Part shown: positions 8,150 through 19,200 of the stretch, one piece after another
Position numbering within the stretch: the stretch's first letter is position 1
Layout of the letters: every line of letters begins with the position of its first letter
From: Candidatus Latescibacterota bacterium
Lineage (GTDB): Bacteria > Latescibacterota > UBA2968 > GCA-2709665
Assembly (NCBI GenBank): GCA_963662665.2
Contig: CAXXJS010000005.1
Location: 37,832 to 101,831, forward strand
DNA length: 64,000 nucleotides
Direction: 5' to 3'
Program-made: the position numbers and the translations under genes
Notes under the pieces: generated by a model
Seen by the model: only the letters and a program-made list of their open reading frames with translations
Databases searched by the model: none
What the model was told of the DNA's origin: nothing

Positions 8150-8835
8150 ACTTCCAACCGCATCGCGTCAACGGGCTCCATTTTTGCGGCTCTATACGCC
8201 GGCAGGATTCCGCCCATCAGTGAGAGGAAGGAACCCAGCACAATAGCCCACACCACACGCTCCAGAATGTCGGGCCACGGCACGAAACCGATAACGGTGT
8301 TGCCATAGCCGATCCAGGACGTCAGAATGGACAGCAGAAGGCCCACGGCCGCGCCCAGAACCGTGCCGGCCATACCCATAAACGAGGACTCCAGAATAAA
8401 CAGCTTGACGATAAACCCATCCAGCGCTCCCATACACTTCATGGTCCCAATTTCCCGGAAGCGCTCGGAGACGGACATCAGCATCGCGTTTGTGATCCCC
8501 ACCAGGCACACCAGCAGAGAAAGCACAACCAGCCATGTGTTCTTGGCCTCCTCCTGTCGGTTGGCTTCGCTCTCCTGACTGATGTCGATCCCCTTTTGCT
8601 GGAGAATCAGGTTCATTTTGGGATCGTTGGCATCTCGAAGGCTGTTGACGATGGAACTGGTTGTCCAGATGGACATGAGGAAGGCGATGGCCAGAACAAT
8701 GCTGCTCACCGTAATCAACGACCGCCCGAACCGTATCTTCACGCTGTTGAAACTGATCTCGACGGCCTTTCTGATTGGCAGTTTGACCTGCGTGCCGATT
8801 TCCCGGCGGGCAGGCGATGCATTACTTTGCGCCAT
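8146..8835 (-). CDS. ABC transporter permease (FtsX-like domain)
   Basis: GITNAMLMSVSERFREIGTMKCMGA and PAYRAAKMEPVDAMR; ATG at 8835 after GGAGGAG. Confidence 0.92.
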   Translation of the reverse strand: MAQSNASPARREIGTQVKLPIRKAVEISFNSVKIRFGRSLITVSSIVLAIAFLMSIWTTSSIVNSLRDANDPKMNLILQQKGIDISQESEANRQEEAKNTWLVVLSLLVCLVGITNAMLMSVSERFREIGTMKCMGALDGFIVKLFILESSFMGMAGTVLGAAVGLLLSILTSWIGYGNTVIGFVPWPDILERVVWAIVLGSFLSLMGGILPAYRAAKMEPVDAMRLEV

Positions 8836-8896
8836 GAACTCCTCCCACAACGAACTGAACGAACATTGCGGCGCGGGACCCCCCTTGCCGCAGTAC

Positions 8897-10546
8897 TTAT
8901 CTGACTTCCGGGTCGCGCATCACGGGGACGTGGGTGCGCCCCTGACGTCTCGAATAGTACGCCCGATCCGCCAAAAGCTTTCCTGCCCGGTCGAACAATG
9001 CCAGCGTCTGAACGATTTCCGGGTCCTGGGTTACGGCGACCCGGCCCGCCTCCCGGTCTCCCCAACGGAATTTCGCGAAATATCGTTTCATCTGCCGCTT
9101 GATCAGGCCGATGCCCGATTCGAAATCTCCATCTGAAAACGTCAGATCTGAATCCCACGCCTTTAGGAACGCCTTGAATTCAGACATCTCGCGCTCGCCT
9201 GGCGTATATTGTTCAAGATACACCGAAAAATCCGAAAATGCACGGGTGAACTCGGACCCATGGCGGCTGGCGAATTCGAAAAAGTGCCGCGGGGTCAACC
9301 TCTGTTCAAAATCGCCGGGGCGCTCGGGTTCCAACTCCACGTCGGGCGTAATCCCGCCGCTGCCATACACCTTCCGATGCAATATCTGCGTAAAATAGAC
9401 CGGTTGGGAGTACACGCTGTCCGGGTCGGCATTGGGATCGTAGCCGTCGTGCGCCGCTTGCAGGTAAGCCCGCCTGTCGCTGGAATACGGACGCTGGATC
9501 GGACGTTCGCTTGGCGTGAAATAGCTAGCCACCGTAAGCAGAACCGCGCCGCCGTTCTTGAGGGAATACTGCTTTTGAACGAGTCCTTTGCCAAACGTGG
9601 TCCGCCCGACGATAAGCCCTCGATCGTAGTCCTGAACGGCGCCCGCCACAATCTCCGAAGCGCTGGCGCTGTAACTGTCGACGAGTACCATCAGCGGCAT
9701 ATCGAGCGGTACAACAGGGTCGCGATCCGCGAAATGATCTTCACGAGAGCCCCTTCTGCGACCCTCGGTATACACCAGGAGGCGGTCTTTCTCGAGGAAC
9801 TGATCCGCCACGGCCACAGCCTGCTCCAGGTACCCGCCGCTGTTGCCGCGCAAATCCAGAATGAGCTTTCCGGCACCCTGATCGATCAGGCCGTCGAGTG
9901 CGACCCGCAATTCCCGGGACGTTCGACTCGCGAACCGGTCGACCTTCACGTAGCCCACTTCCTGATTCAGCTTAAACACATACGGCACGCTGGGCACTTC
10001 GATTTTGTCGCGAATGATCTCAAAACTGAGCGGGTCGGCCACCCCGGGCCGGTGAACCAGGACGTTCACCCTGCTGTCCTTAGGACCCTTGAGGCGCTTT
10101 TTTACGTCATCGGTCTTCCGCACGCCAACCACCGACACCCCGTCGATCTTCACAATTCGGTCGCCGGCCTGGAGGCCGGCTTTATAGGCCGGTGATCCGA
10201 CAATTGGTGAAAGTACCGTGAGTTGGCTCGCGATTATATCGAAATAAATCCCGATTCCCTCAAACGAGCCCTGCATCCGCTCCCGGGTGTCCTGGAGTTC
10301 CTCCGGCGAAATATAGGTTGAATGGGGATCAAGCCTGGAGAGATAGCCCTCGATTGCGCCGTGATACAACTCTACAGGATCTGTATTCTCGTAATACTGG
10401 CGCCGTACCAGGTCGGCCAACTGATCCAGCGTATGCGCCTGCATCGCCGTATTCACGCGCGGTGCGGAGTCGGCGACCGCCGTGCCTGGACGACAGGCTG
10501 CCCACACCAGAATCAGGAGGAAAACTGCCCGGCATACGACCGACAT
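8897..10546 (-). CDS. ctpA: Carboxyl-terminal processing protease, S41 family
   Basis: LDPHS, PDZ (GIGI...GDRI), DLRGNSGG, SASASEI, TFGKG. Confidence 0.93.
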   Translation of the reverse strand: MSVVCRAVFLLILVWAACRPGTAVADSAPRVNTAMQAHTLDQLADLVRRQYYENTDPVELYHGAIEGYLSRLDPHSTYISPEELQDTRERMQGSFEGIGIYFDIIASQLTVLSPIVGSPAYKAGLQAGDRIVKIDGVSVVGVRKTDDVKKRLKGPKDSRVNVLVHRPGVADPLSFEIIRDKIEVPSVPYVFKLNQEVGYVKVDRFASRTSRELRVALDGLIDQGAGKLILDLRGNSGGYLEQAVAVADQFLEKDRLLVYTEGRRRGSREDHFADRDPVVPLDMPLMVLVDSYSASASEIVAGAVQDYDRGLIVGRTTFGKGLVQKQYSLKNGGAVLLTVASYFTPSERPIQRPYSSDRRAYLQAAHDGYDPNADPDSVYSQPVYFTQILHRKVYGSGGITPDVELEPERPGDFEQRLTPRHFFEFASRHGSEFTRAFSDFSVYLEQYTPGEREMSEFKAFLKAWDSDLTFSDGDFESGIGLIKRQMKRYFAKFRWGDREAGRVAVTQDPEIVQTLALFDRAGKLLADRAYYSRRQGRTHVPVMRDPEVR

Positions 10547-10658
10547 ACAAACCTTCCGGAAGTCGCGCGAGTTCGTAATCAGATCGCCCCAAAAAGCGAC
10601 TCAACATAACGACGACAACCGCAGATGTCAAGGAGAAACCACATCCGCCGCGGCTCGA

Positions 10659-11393
10659 TCAACCCCTCGCGCCGGCGGCCCCTTTTTTCGACTTACGCAT
10701 CGAAAACACCATCAACTGCTTGGAAAACAGGTAATATTCCCTGAAATTCAATTTGCTGGTGCTGTACTGCCGGTTGCGAAACACGTATGGCACCTCGACG
10801 AACGTCGACCAGGTACCCTTGACCAGAATCTCGAGCAAAATCTTGTACCCCGGAGACGTCAGCGTCACGCCCTGCAACACACGCCGATGAAGGAAAAAGT
10901 ACCCGCTGAGCGGATCCTGAACTCCCGTCAGCTGTCTCGCGGCGAGAACACCGGCCTGGGAAATCATCTTTCGATACCACGGCCACCGCTCCACGCGGCT
11001 TTCCGGATTATAACGGCTGCCCAGCGCGAGATCATACTCACGCAGCCCGAGAATCAACCGGGGCAGTACCAAAGGATCGTGGCTCAGATCCGCGTCGATC
11101 ACGCCCAGGCAGTCGCGGTTCGATTTCTGAAACCCCTCCATCACCGCGCTGCCCAGTCCCAGCTTGCCGGCCCGGTGTACCACCTGAACGGGATATCGAT
11201 CTCTGAGCGCTTCTGCTTCCTCGCCGGTGCCATCCGGTGAATTGTCGTCAACGACGATCAATTCCAGGTCGATTTCCCGGAGCTGTCCGACCGCCGCGAA
11301 AACCTCTTCCGCCAGAAGTGAAATGTTCGGGCGCTCGTTGTAGGTCGGCGTAATCAGAGAGACGCGCAACGGGGTTTCACTCATGCGAATCAC
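10659..11393 (-). CDS. GT2 glycosyltransferase, polyprenol monophosphomannose synthase-like
   Basis: PTYNE, VDDNSPDGT, KLGLGSA, DADLSHDP. Confidence 0.9.
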   Translation of the reverse strand: MIRMSETPLRVSLITPTYNERPNISLLAEEVFAAVGQLREIDLELIVVDDNSPDGTGEEAEALRDRYPVQVVHRAGKLGLGSAVMEGFQKSNRDCLGVIDADLSHDPLVLPRLILGLREYDLALGSRYNPESRVERWPWYRKMISQAGVLAARQLTGVQDPLSGYFFLHRRVLQGVTLTSPGYKILLEILVKGTWSTFVEVPYVFRNRQYSTSKLNFREYYLFSKQLMVFSMRKSKKGAAGARG

Positions 11394-11482
11394 CTCATAA
11401 GATGGGACCGGGTGCGTTGAATCCTGCGACGGCGACGTACGCAGGGACTGGAAATTACCGTATCCTGTGTAAGAGGTGGCAA

Positions 11483-12403
11483 TTACCGGCCGGTGACACC
11501 CATTAACCTGCCAGTCTGCTCCAGATTACCGGAAAAGGATCGAAGTACAGGATTGAACAGCCTGCGGACGCGGTCCAGCTTGAGGCCCGCCCTGCGGGGT
11601 CTGGATGCGATTTGCCCCAGTTCCACGGAAGTTATCGGCACGGCAAGTTCGGCGTCGAGACCGAAACAATGGCAAATTCGCTCAACCATTTCATGCCTGC
11701 TGAAAAATTCAGGCCCCGCAAAGTGGATCGCGCCCCGGAAATCAGCGCGGCACAGGCCAAGGAGAAATAAGGCGAGTTCATCCACACTGGTGGGATTTGC
11801 CCATTCGTCGGTAACTACCCGGATGGTTTCGCCCCGCAGCAGCGATTCCAGAGCCCACGTCACGAAATTGTGCCGGCAACCCGCACGATACCCGTACAGC
11901 ACTGCCGTCCGGACCACGAGTCCCTGACACGAGGACGCCAGAACGGCCGTCTCTGCTTCCAACTTGGTCCGTCCGTAAACGTTTACCGGGTTGGTAGGAT
12001 CGGTCTCGGCGTATGGGCCGGCCAGACCGTCGAACACATAGTTCGTCGAAACGGTCACCAATCCGCTGCCTGCGTTTTCACACGCCCGAATCAGGTTCAG
12101 AGTTCCGCATACATTGACACGGTGCGCAAGGTCCGGATTACGCTCACACTGGTCCACCCCGGCCTCAGCGGCCGCGTTTATCACCCAGTCGGGCCGAACG
12201 CGCGCGACCGCCTCGTCAACCGCCGCCGCATCCGTAACGTCCACCCGCAGACACTCCGACCCGGAAAACGGCGGCCGCGGCCGCCGGGCGGCCGGAATCC
12301 GGCGTACGCCCTCGAACGGCACGTCACAAAGCGCCCGTCCCAGGAATCCTGAAGCCCCGACAATCAATGCGGTTTTTAAGTTCTCGTCACCCATTGACAC
12401 CAC
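11483..12403 (-). CDS. rmlD: dTDP-4-dehydrorhamnose reductase family SDR
   Basis: GASGFLG, STNYVFDG, PVNVYGRTKLEAE. Confidence 0.85.
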   Translation of the reverse strand: MVSMGDENLKTALIVGASGFLGRALCDVPFEGVRRIPAARRPRPPFSGSECLRVDVTDAAAVDEAVARVRPDWVINAAAEAGVDQCERNPDLAHRVNVCGTLNLIRACENAGSGLVTVSTNYVFDGLAGPYAETDPTNPVNVYGRTKLEAETAVLASSCQGLVVRTAVLYGYRAGCRHNFVTWALESLLRGETIRVVTDEWANPTSVDELALFLLGLCRADFRGAIHFAGPEFFSRHEMVERICHCFGLDAELAVPITSVELGQIASRPRRAGLKLDRVRRLFNPVLRSFSGNLEQTGRLMGVTGR

Positions 12404-12439
12404 CCGGATACGGTACCCACGCAGGGCTCGATGTTCCCC

Positions 12440-14014
12440 TTATCGCGAAATGGACGGCGGCGGCTCAACAAGGCGCAGGTACATTGCCATTCCGCGGAAG
12501 AGCGCGCCGGCGTTTACAGCGCGCTCGAGATGGGCATTCGCCAGCGCCGCCAGTATACGGCCGGCCCCGTCCTGATAGGTCGAATGCCCGGTGTGCGCGT
12601 ACAATCTCAAAAACACCTGAACGGCCACCCCGTTACCCGATGGCACCAGACGGTCCACCGCGTGGATAACGGCACCGCCCTGTTCCGGCCAACGGTCGCG
12701 CAGCGCGCCCGAGTCATCGCGAAATCGCACCAACATCACATCGGCGAGTGCCGAGGCAAACCGGAGAAAGCTGGCGTCGCCATCGGCGTCGTAGATGTCC
12801 AGCGCGGCGCGCGCGACCAGGGCCTGGTCTGCAAGCAGACAAAGCGGATTGCCCTCCGGTTCCAATACGTGCAGCATGCCGCCGTCCGGACGGGAAAATC
12901 GCATGCGTAGTGACGCCATGACCCGTTGTGCGAGATCCAGGTAGACGGCCCTTCCGGAAGCCTGATAAAGTGCGACAAACCCGGTAACGGCCATTGCGTT
13001 CCACGAGGCGTAAACGGCCGGGTCCCTGGCGGGCACCTGTCCCGCCCCCAGCATGGCCGCGTTTCCGGATTGCTCCGAAAACCCCGCCAGGCCGGCAACG
13101 AACATGCCCATTTTTTCCTGGTACAGTCCAGCCAGCAGCGCCTCGCCCAAATCGACCGCCGACGCGCTGTCCACCCGTGCCACAACATTCAGCCAACCCG
13201 CATTTACAGCCAGCGTCTTCTCTCTGTCGAGAGCGACTCCGTCCGGCGTGAGCTGGCGATTAAAGAAAGTCCCGTCGGAATCGCGCAACGGGCTTGAGAG
13301 GATGGCCTTCAGCCGTTTCAGCGCAATAGTCCGCGCCGCGGAATCATTGCCATCGAGGAGTGCGAGAAAGGCCTCCGCTCCCGGGATCTCTCCTCGTTCC
13401 AGCGCAGCCTTCGTGCTGTCTGTAAACTGGTGAAGCAGGCTCGAAGACGGCTCCAAAGGCGGGAGACTCGGCGCTTCTCTTTCCGCCCACCGCGCCAGGT
13501 TTGACCGCGCGCGCTCAAAATCCGTCCATCGCTTCGGGTTGTTGAAATACACCCGCACGCGGCGCAACAATTCCCGCAGATCTTCCGGATCCATATAGGT
13601 GGACCCGGTCATCCATTCATCATTAGGAGTCAGTATCGCCGTTGAAGGCCAGCCACCGAGACCGAATCGTTCCGCCAGATCGGGGCGCCGGTCCACGTCG
13701 ACCCGTACCGGCCACGTGCCCTGCCCGATCGCCCGCGCCAACTCAGGGTCTTCGAAGCAGCGTCTGACCATTTCCCGGCACCAGTAGGACCGGCTGGAAT
13801 AAAGATAGAGAAACAGCGGCCGATTGAGAACACGGGCGGAATCCCGCGCTGACCACGCCCGCCAATTCACACGCCCGGGCGGTGGAGCGGATACGCTGGG
13901 AATCACGGTCGTTTGCGGACCCCGTTCGCATGCGGCAAGCCCCGAACTCAGAGTCGCGCACAAACACACCAGTCGCAGCCGCCGGAACGCGAATATTCCA
14001 ATCAGGCATTCCAT
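12440..14014 (-). CDS. DUF255/YyaL-like thioredoxin plus alpha/alpha-toroid protein, predicted lipoprotein
   Basis: YWCREM, VDVDRRPDL, GGWPST, TYM; C-terminal L.DQA and PSGN; lipobox-like LAAC. Confidence 0.8.
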   Translation of the reverse strand: MECLIGIFAFRRLRLVCLCATLSSGLAACERGPQTTVIPSVSAPPPGRVNWRAWSARDSARVLNRPLFLYLYSSRSYWCREMVRRCFEDPELARAIGQGTWPVRVDVDRRPDLAERFGLGGWPSTAILTPNDEWMTGSTYMDPEDLRELLRRVRVYFNNPKRWTDFERARSNLARWAEREAPSLPPLEPSSSLLHQFTDSTKAALERGEIPGAEAFLALLDGNDSAARTIALKRLKAILSSPLRDSDGTFFNRQLTPDGVALDREKTLAVNAGWLNVVARVDSASAVDLGEALLAGLYQEKMGMFVAGLAGFSEQSGNAAMLGAGQVPARDPAVYASWNAMAVTGFVALYQASGRAVYLDLAQRVMASLRMRFSRPDGGMLHVLEPEGNPLCLLADQALVARAALDIYDADGDASFLRFASALADVMLVRFRDDSGALRDRWPEQGGAVIHAVDRLVPSGNGVAVQVFLRLYAHTGHSTYQDGAGRILAALANAHLERAVNAGALFRGMAMYLRLVEPPPSISR

Positions 14015-14083
14015 GTCCGCTCAGCTTATGCCTCCCGCCCCGCGCGGCGACCCTCGAACCGTGAGCCGGGAATTGTGACCTGA

Positions 14084-14148
14084 CGGCTCCGCTGAATCAG
14101 CCCATCCGGGCTGCGGCCGGCAGAGCGACTTTCCCAACGGACTGCTAA
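14084..14148. mobile_element. Internally deleted relic of the 7984-8149 MITE
   Basis: Shares CCATCCGGGCTGCG and GCAGAGCGACTTT..CAACGGACTG-CTAA with that element. Confidence 0.65.
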
Positions 14149-14426
14149 TGCGAAGGGCCGTCTTTCCTCCCTTTACTTCAACTCAGGACGGGAGAATTAT
14201 GACGGCCGAACGGAAAAGTCTGGAACAACAATCCGCCAGATGCGTTTATATCTTGAAATCGACGAAAAGACTTGACATTTCGGTGGCGATTAACGTAACT
14301 TTTCTGCTTGGCGAGATCTCGGGTCGTCCAATTCCCGAATGCCGGTGGAAATGGATCGGGGCCGCCCGGTACCTTTGATTCTGCAATTGCTTCCGGGCCT
14401 CTGCAGGGTAGAACGTCTTCGATTCT

Positions 14427-14684
14427 TCAGCGGATCTTCGCAAGCGGTATCGCCTCTTCGACGAGCATAATGGGGATATTGTCTTCAATGGGATACAGGT
14501 AAGCGCCGTCCTCGCGAACGAGGCCGCCGTCAACGGGGTTCTCGACGGGGGTTCCCCCCCGGTTGCATACCTCGCCCTTTTCGATCAGTTCGTTGAGTCT
14601 TTCAATCAATCCCCGCCCAGCCGGACTGACGGATGTTCGGTTTTCCGGGCAAGCCAGAATTTCGAGCAGTTCCTTGTCGATCAC
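14427..14684 (-). CDS. Trm112/YcaR family protein
   Basis: IDKELLEILACP...YPIEDNIPIMLVEEA. Confidence 0.88.
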   Translation of the reverse strand: MIDKELLEILACPENRTSVSPAGRGLIERLNELIEKGEVCNRGGTPVENPVDGGLVREDGAYLYPIEDNIPIMLVEEAIPLAKIR

Positions 14685-15095
14685 CCCTGGCCCCTTTCAG
14701 TTTCAGCAGCTCGAATCACGGATTTCCCTTTTCAGCACTCAGGCAAAGAGAAAATATACAACAAGCGGTTGTCGAACAAGCTTTTTCCGGCAGGAGCGCC
14801 TATTCTGAACATTCGCTGACGTGTTTTGCCCGTTGTACCGCAATTTCGTTCCACAAATGAAACGATTTACGGCTGGCAATCCCCGACTTTCCGGGCGTAC
14901 GCCGCGTTGTGGACGTGTTGTCAAAACCTATGGCGAGTGGAGTGCCCGTGCCGTTACAGAAAACACCCGGGTCGCCGGACAAGAAAAGGGGCGCACACCG
15001 TTCAACCCCTATCCGCACCCGGTTTTTTATGCCATGTCGGGTGGAAATCGTACGTCGGGTCCAACCGCAGGATTAGACCTCAAGGAGCAGAGCCC

Positions 15096-16142
15096 ATGAA
15101 TAGCAACCCGTTGTGCGTGTGCCTGACCGGCATCTTCCTCTCCGTTGCGTTCGCGTACCCTGGCCCGTCGTGGGCCACACCGGAGAGCCAGGCCGCCGCG
15201 CCTTTTCTTCTGTTCCAGCCCAGCGCGCGTTCCGCTGGTATGGGTGAAGCCTATATTGCGATTGCCGATGGCGCAAACGCGACCTATTACAATCCAGCCG
15301 GCCTGGCGGACGACACGAACAGGCACATGAGTACCACGATGTATAAGCCTGTTCCTTCTCTGGCCAGCGACATTTTCACCTCGTTCGGCGCCTACACACA
15401 GCCGGTCGAAGGCGTGGGCAATCTCGGGTTCAGCCTGATCTACACCTCCCTCGGATCACAGCACCGCACCGACTCCCAGGGGCAGGATCTTGGCGAATTC
15501 ACAAGCTTTGGCCTGGCCGTGGCGGTTTCTTATGGCACCTTTGTCGTAAAAAACGTCTCTGTGGGCGCTACCATGAAGTTCATTCACGAGAAACTTGCCA
15601 GCCAGGGCGCCGGCATCGAAAAAGGCAAAGGCGCAGGCACATCTTTCGCCGGCGACCTGGGATTTATGTGGAAAGCCTCCGATCGGTTCACCCTGGCCTG
15701 GGCGCTGCGAAACGTGGGGCCGAACATCACGTTCATCGATGCGGATCAGGCCGACCCGCTGCCGCAGAACTTCACCATCGGCTTCGCGTATACGGCGCTC
15801 CAGCAAGGGAACTCAACACTGCTCTTCGCCGCGGACATCTATAAACCTCTCGCAGACAGAGGCTTTTTTTCCTTTGTCACGGGTTGGAACGACCGCAACG
15901 GGAGCGAGGAACTCAAGGATATCGACTACCATACAGGCGTCGAATGGAAATACAACCTTTCCGAAGAATCCGCCTTCGCTCTGCGGACCGGATATTTCCA
16001 CGATGAGGATGGCGACCGGAAGAGCCCCACCTTCGGTCTGGGCCTGAAATACAACTGGGCGTCGTTCGATCTCTCCTACTTCGCCAGGAGCAACTCCGCC
16101 CTCCGGAACGTCTTTCGCTTTACCGGCGGCTTCTCATTCTAA
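15096..16142 (+). CDS. porV: PorV family outer-membrane protein (T9SS shuttle-like)
   Basis: ATG at 15096 after AAGGAG; AAPFLL..PSARSAGMGEA..A.ADGANATYYNPA, LRNVGP, ADPLP; terminal aromatic GFSF. Confidence 0.8.
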   Translation: MNSNPLCVCLTGIFLSVAFAYPGPSWATPESQAAAPFLLFQPSARSAGMGEAYIAIADGANATYYNPAGLADDTNRHMSTTMYKPVPSLASDIFTSFGAYTQPVEGVGNLGFSLIYTSLGSQHRTDSQGQDLGEFTSFGLAVAVSYGTFVVKNVSVGATMKFIHEKLASQGAGIEKGKGAGTSFAGDLGFMWKASDRFTLAWALRNVGPNITFIDADQADPLPQNFTIGFAYTALQQGNSTLLFAADIYKPLADRGFFSFVTGWNDRNGSEELKDIDYHTGVEWKYNLSEESAFALRTGYFHDEDGDRKSPTFGLGLKYNWASFDLSYFARSNSALRNVFRFTGGFSF

Positions 16143-16206
16143 GACAATGGAACGGCTTATCCTTCCGCTGTTTTTCGCTTGATTTCTCAAAAGGTCGAAA
16201 GCCATC

Positions 16207-19200
16207 GTGTGGTTGCGGCGGGTTGAACCCAGACGCAGGCTGCAAACGCAAAGAGCGCAGAAGCGCACGACATTTTCGTTGCTTCTCGTCATCTGTGTTT
16301 TCTGTCTCGCTATACTTCCGCGCGTCGCTCAGGGCGCCGGGGAAACCTGGCGCATCCTGGCTGTCCGGGTTTCCTTTTCCACGGAAGATCCCGACGACGC
16401 CACCACCAGCGGAAACGGCGTCTTCGATCTCAGGACGTTCGAGACAGTCCGCGACGACTATATCTTCCCCTTCGACGCCCCCCCGCACGACAAATCCTAT
16501 TTTGAAGCGCACCTTCAGGCCCTGCGCAACTACTATCTGGAAATTTCCAACCGTCAACTTGAAATCGAATACTCCGTATTTCCGGAGGACCCGGACGGAA
16601 GCTACGTCATTGACAGGCCCCTGAAGGAATACGGCAACGGGCGCACCCGGAACGAAATCGCGCAGCGCATCACGCAGCTCTTTCACGATGGTATCGCCGC
16701 TGCAGACACCGCCGAAGGCGATAACCTGGATTTTAGCGACTTCCAGGCCTTCGCGGTCTTTCACGCGGGGCTGGGCGCGGAAGCCGGCGGGCAGGCCATC
16801 AACGATATCCCGTCCGCCTTTGTCTCCGGTAAAGATCTCGACCTGTTTGTGAATGGGCCAATCGAGGTGGACCACGGCGCCGCGGTGGTCCGTAACGGCA
16901 TGTTGCTTCCCGAAGCCGTGAGTACGGACGGCAGGGGCGGCCTGAACGGTACGCTCGTTCGTTTCTTCGCGCACCAGCTCGGCCTGCCCGGGCTGTCCAA
17001 TTTCGAAGATGAACTCCCCGCGGTGGGAGACTGGAGTCCGCTGGATACGGGAGGACCCGGGGCCGTGGCCTCCGCCGCCCGCCTGAAACTACAGCCGCTG
17101 ACCGGCGAGCCCGGAGACACCTTACTCATCGGTTTTGTCCCTAGCCGCCTCCTCGCGTGGTCCCGCATCCGCCTCGGATGGCTGGAGCCAGCGGTCGTCA
17201 CGCGAAACGACACGGTGCGGCTGGTTGCGCCACATGTTGCGGGTTCGGACCTGCCCCAGGCTCTAAGGGTTCCCGTCAGCGCATCGGAGTACTTCCTCCT
17301 GGAAAACCGCATCTCGCGGCTGGGAGTACACGGGCGAGAGCCGAATATCGAATTTTCATCCGGAGGACGGGTCTGGCTCTCTGTGGACGACTATGACGCC
17401 TTCATTCCGGGTTCCGGCATTCTGATATGGCACGTCGACGACACTGTGATCCACGCCAGCGGCGAAGGCGTTGGCGTCAACAGCAATCCGCAGTATCTCA
17501 TCTCCCCCGGACAATACCGGCGCGGCATCTCGCTTGAGGAGGCGGATGGCCTGGAAGATATTGGCAACAACGCCGCGAATCGGGTCGTGCAGGCCGGAAT
17601 AATCAGCCTGGATGCCATAGAAGGCGGCGCCAGGGATCCGTTCTACGCAGGCAACGCCACGCGCTTCGGGCCGGAAACCGTGCCCGGCACGAACAGCAAC
17701 CTGAACTATCCTACCGGTATTACTATCCAGGTCCTCAGTCCTCCCGCCGATACCATGAACGTGGCCATTACATTTGACTACCAGCAGGACGCCTGGCCGG
17801 TAACCGGGCTGGCGAACGTCGGATCGCAGGCCCCCCGGGCAATTGACCTGGACGGCGACGGTGTAAAGGAGATTCTGCGCAGCGGCGGCGACGCCGGCTA
17901 CGGCACGGTCGGGACACCGCACGGAGGTCCGAACGCCCTGCCACTGCATCTGACCGGAAATCCCGCCACACTGACGCCGGATGCCGGGTTTCCGTTCCTC
18001 ACGTCCTTTACTCCCGCAGTGGGCGACATCGACGGGGATGGCCAGGACGATTTCATCTACTCGTCGGGATCCGTGCCGATCCTCTGGAGCCGGAATACCA
18101 CCCCCGCACCAACGGCGCCCCCCGCGCCCGGAACGGCGCCCGAGGTCTCCTGCCCACCACTTATCGCACCGTTTCCGGAAGCGCCCGTGGACGTCTGGGG
18201 ATGGACGAATGGCACCGTCACGTGGGGTAACCTGGAGGGGTCGAATACGGGCATCACGCAAATGGCAGGCGGTCCCGTCACCAGCCTTGCGGCAGGAAAC
18301 GTGGACGATGACCCGGACAACGAACTGGTTGCCCTGGCCGGCGCGGTCGGACTCTTCGTCGCCGAAGCGGACGGACGGGTATATCAGCTCACGACCTTCA
18401 GCGGGCAGATTGTCGGCGGCCCCGTACTGGGCGACCTGGATCGGGACGGCCGGGATGAAATCGTGACGCTGGCCGCCGACGGCGTGGTTTCCATTTTTTC
18501 CGGCGGGAGCATGACGGCGCAAAGCGTGCCGGTACCCGGGGGGGCGGGATCGGCGCCTGTGCTGGGCGACCTGGATGAAGACGGCTACATCGAAGTACTC
18601 TTCGGCGGCGAGGGGAGGCTTTGGGTCGTACGCTTCAACGGGATACACCAGTCCGATACCCCGCTCGCGTTTCCGCTCAAGGACGAAGCCGGGCTGATTT
18701 CCTCGCCGCCAGTACTTGCCGACATCAATCTGGACGGCGATCTGGACATCTTCGCGGCCACGAAGGGCGGCCTGGTGTATGGTCTTGGCGCCGACGGGTC
18801 CAGTCTTCCGTCCTTTCCCCTGCCCGTTTCGGGCCCGGTACACGCCTCGCCGCTCGTTGACGACCTGGACGGCGACGGCACCCTCGAGCTTGTTGTCTTT
18901 ACGGCGGACGGCGGGGCATATCTCTGGCACCTGGAGACGTTCGACACCCACTTTACGGGGAATCATCTGGTCTGGAGCCAGGCCGGCGGCGGACCGGGCA
19001 ACGCGAGTCGCCTTCTCTCGCTGCCCAGCGATCCACCTCCGGAAACCACGTCATTGCTTCTGCCTCCCGACCAGGTCTACTGCTATCCGAATCCTATTCG
19101 AGGGCCGTCGGCCACGATTCGGTTTTTCCTTGGCAAGAACGCCCGTATCCAGGTTGCCGTGCTAAACGCGCTGGGAGAAATCGTGGAGCGGATGACCATG

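Noticed and set aside
14150-15090. Riboswitch or ncRNA around trm112 and upstream of porV (TTGACA at 14272; TGAAACGATTTAC near 14858)
   Set aside because: No recognisable Rfam-type motif; single weak matches need a covariance-model search.
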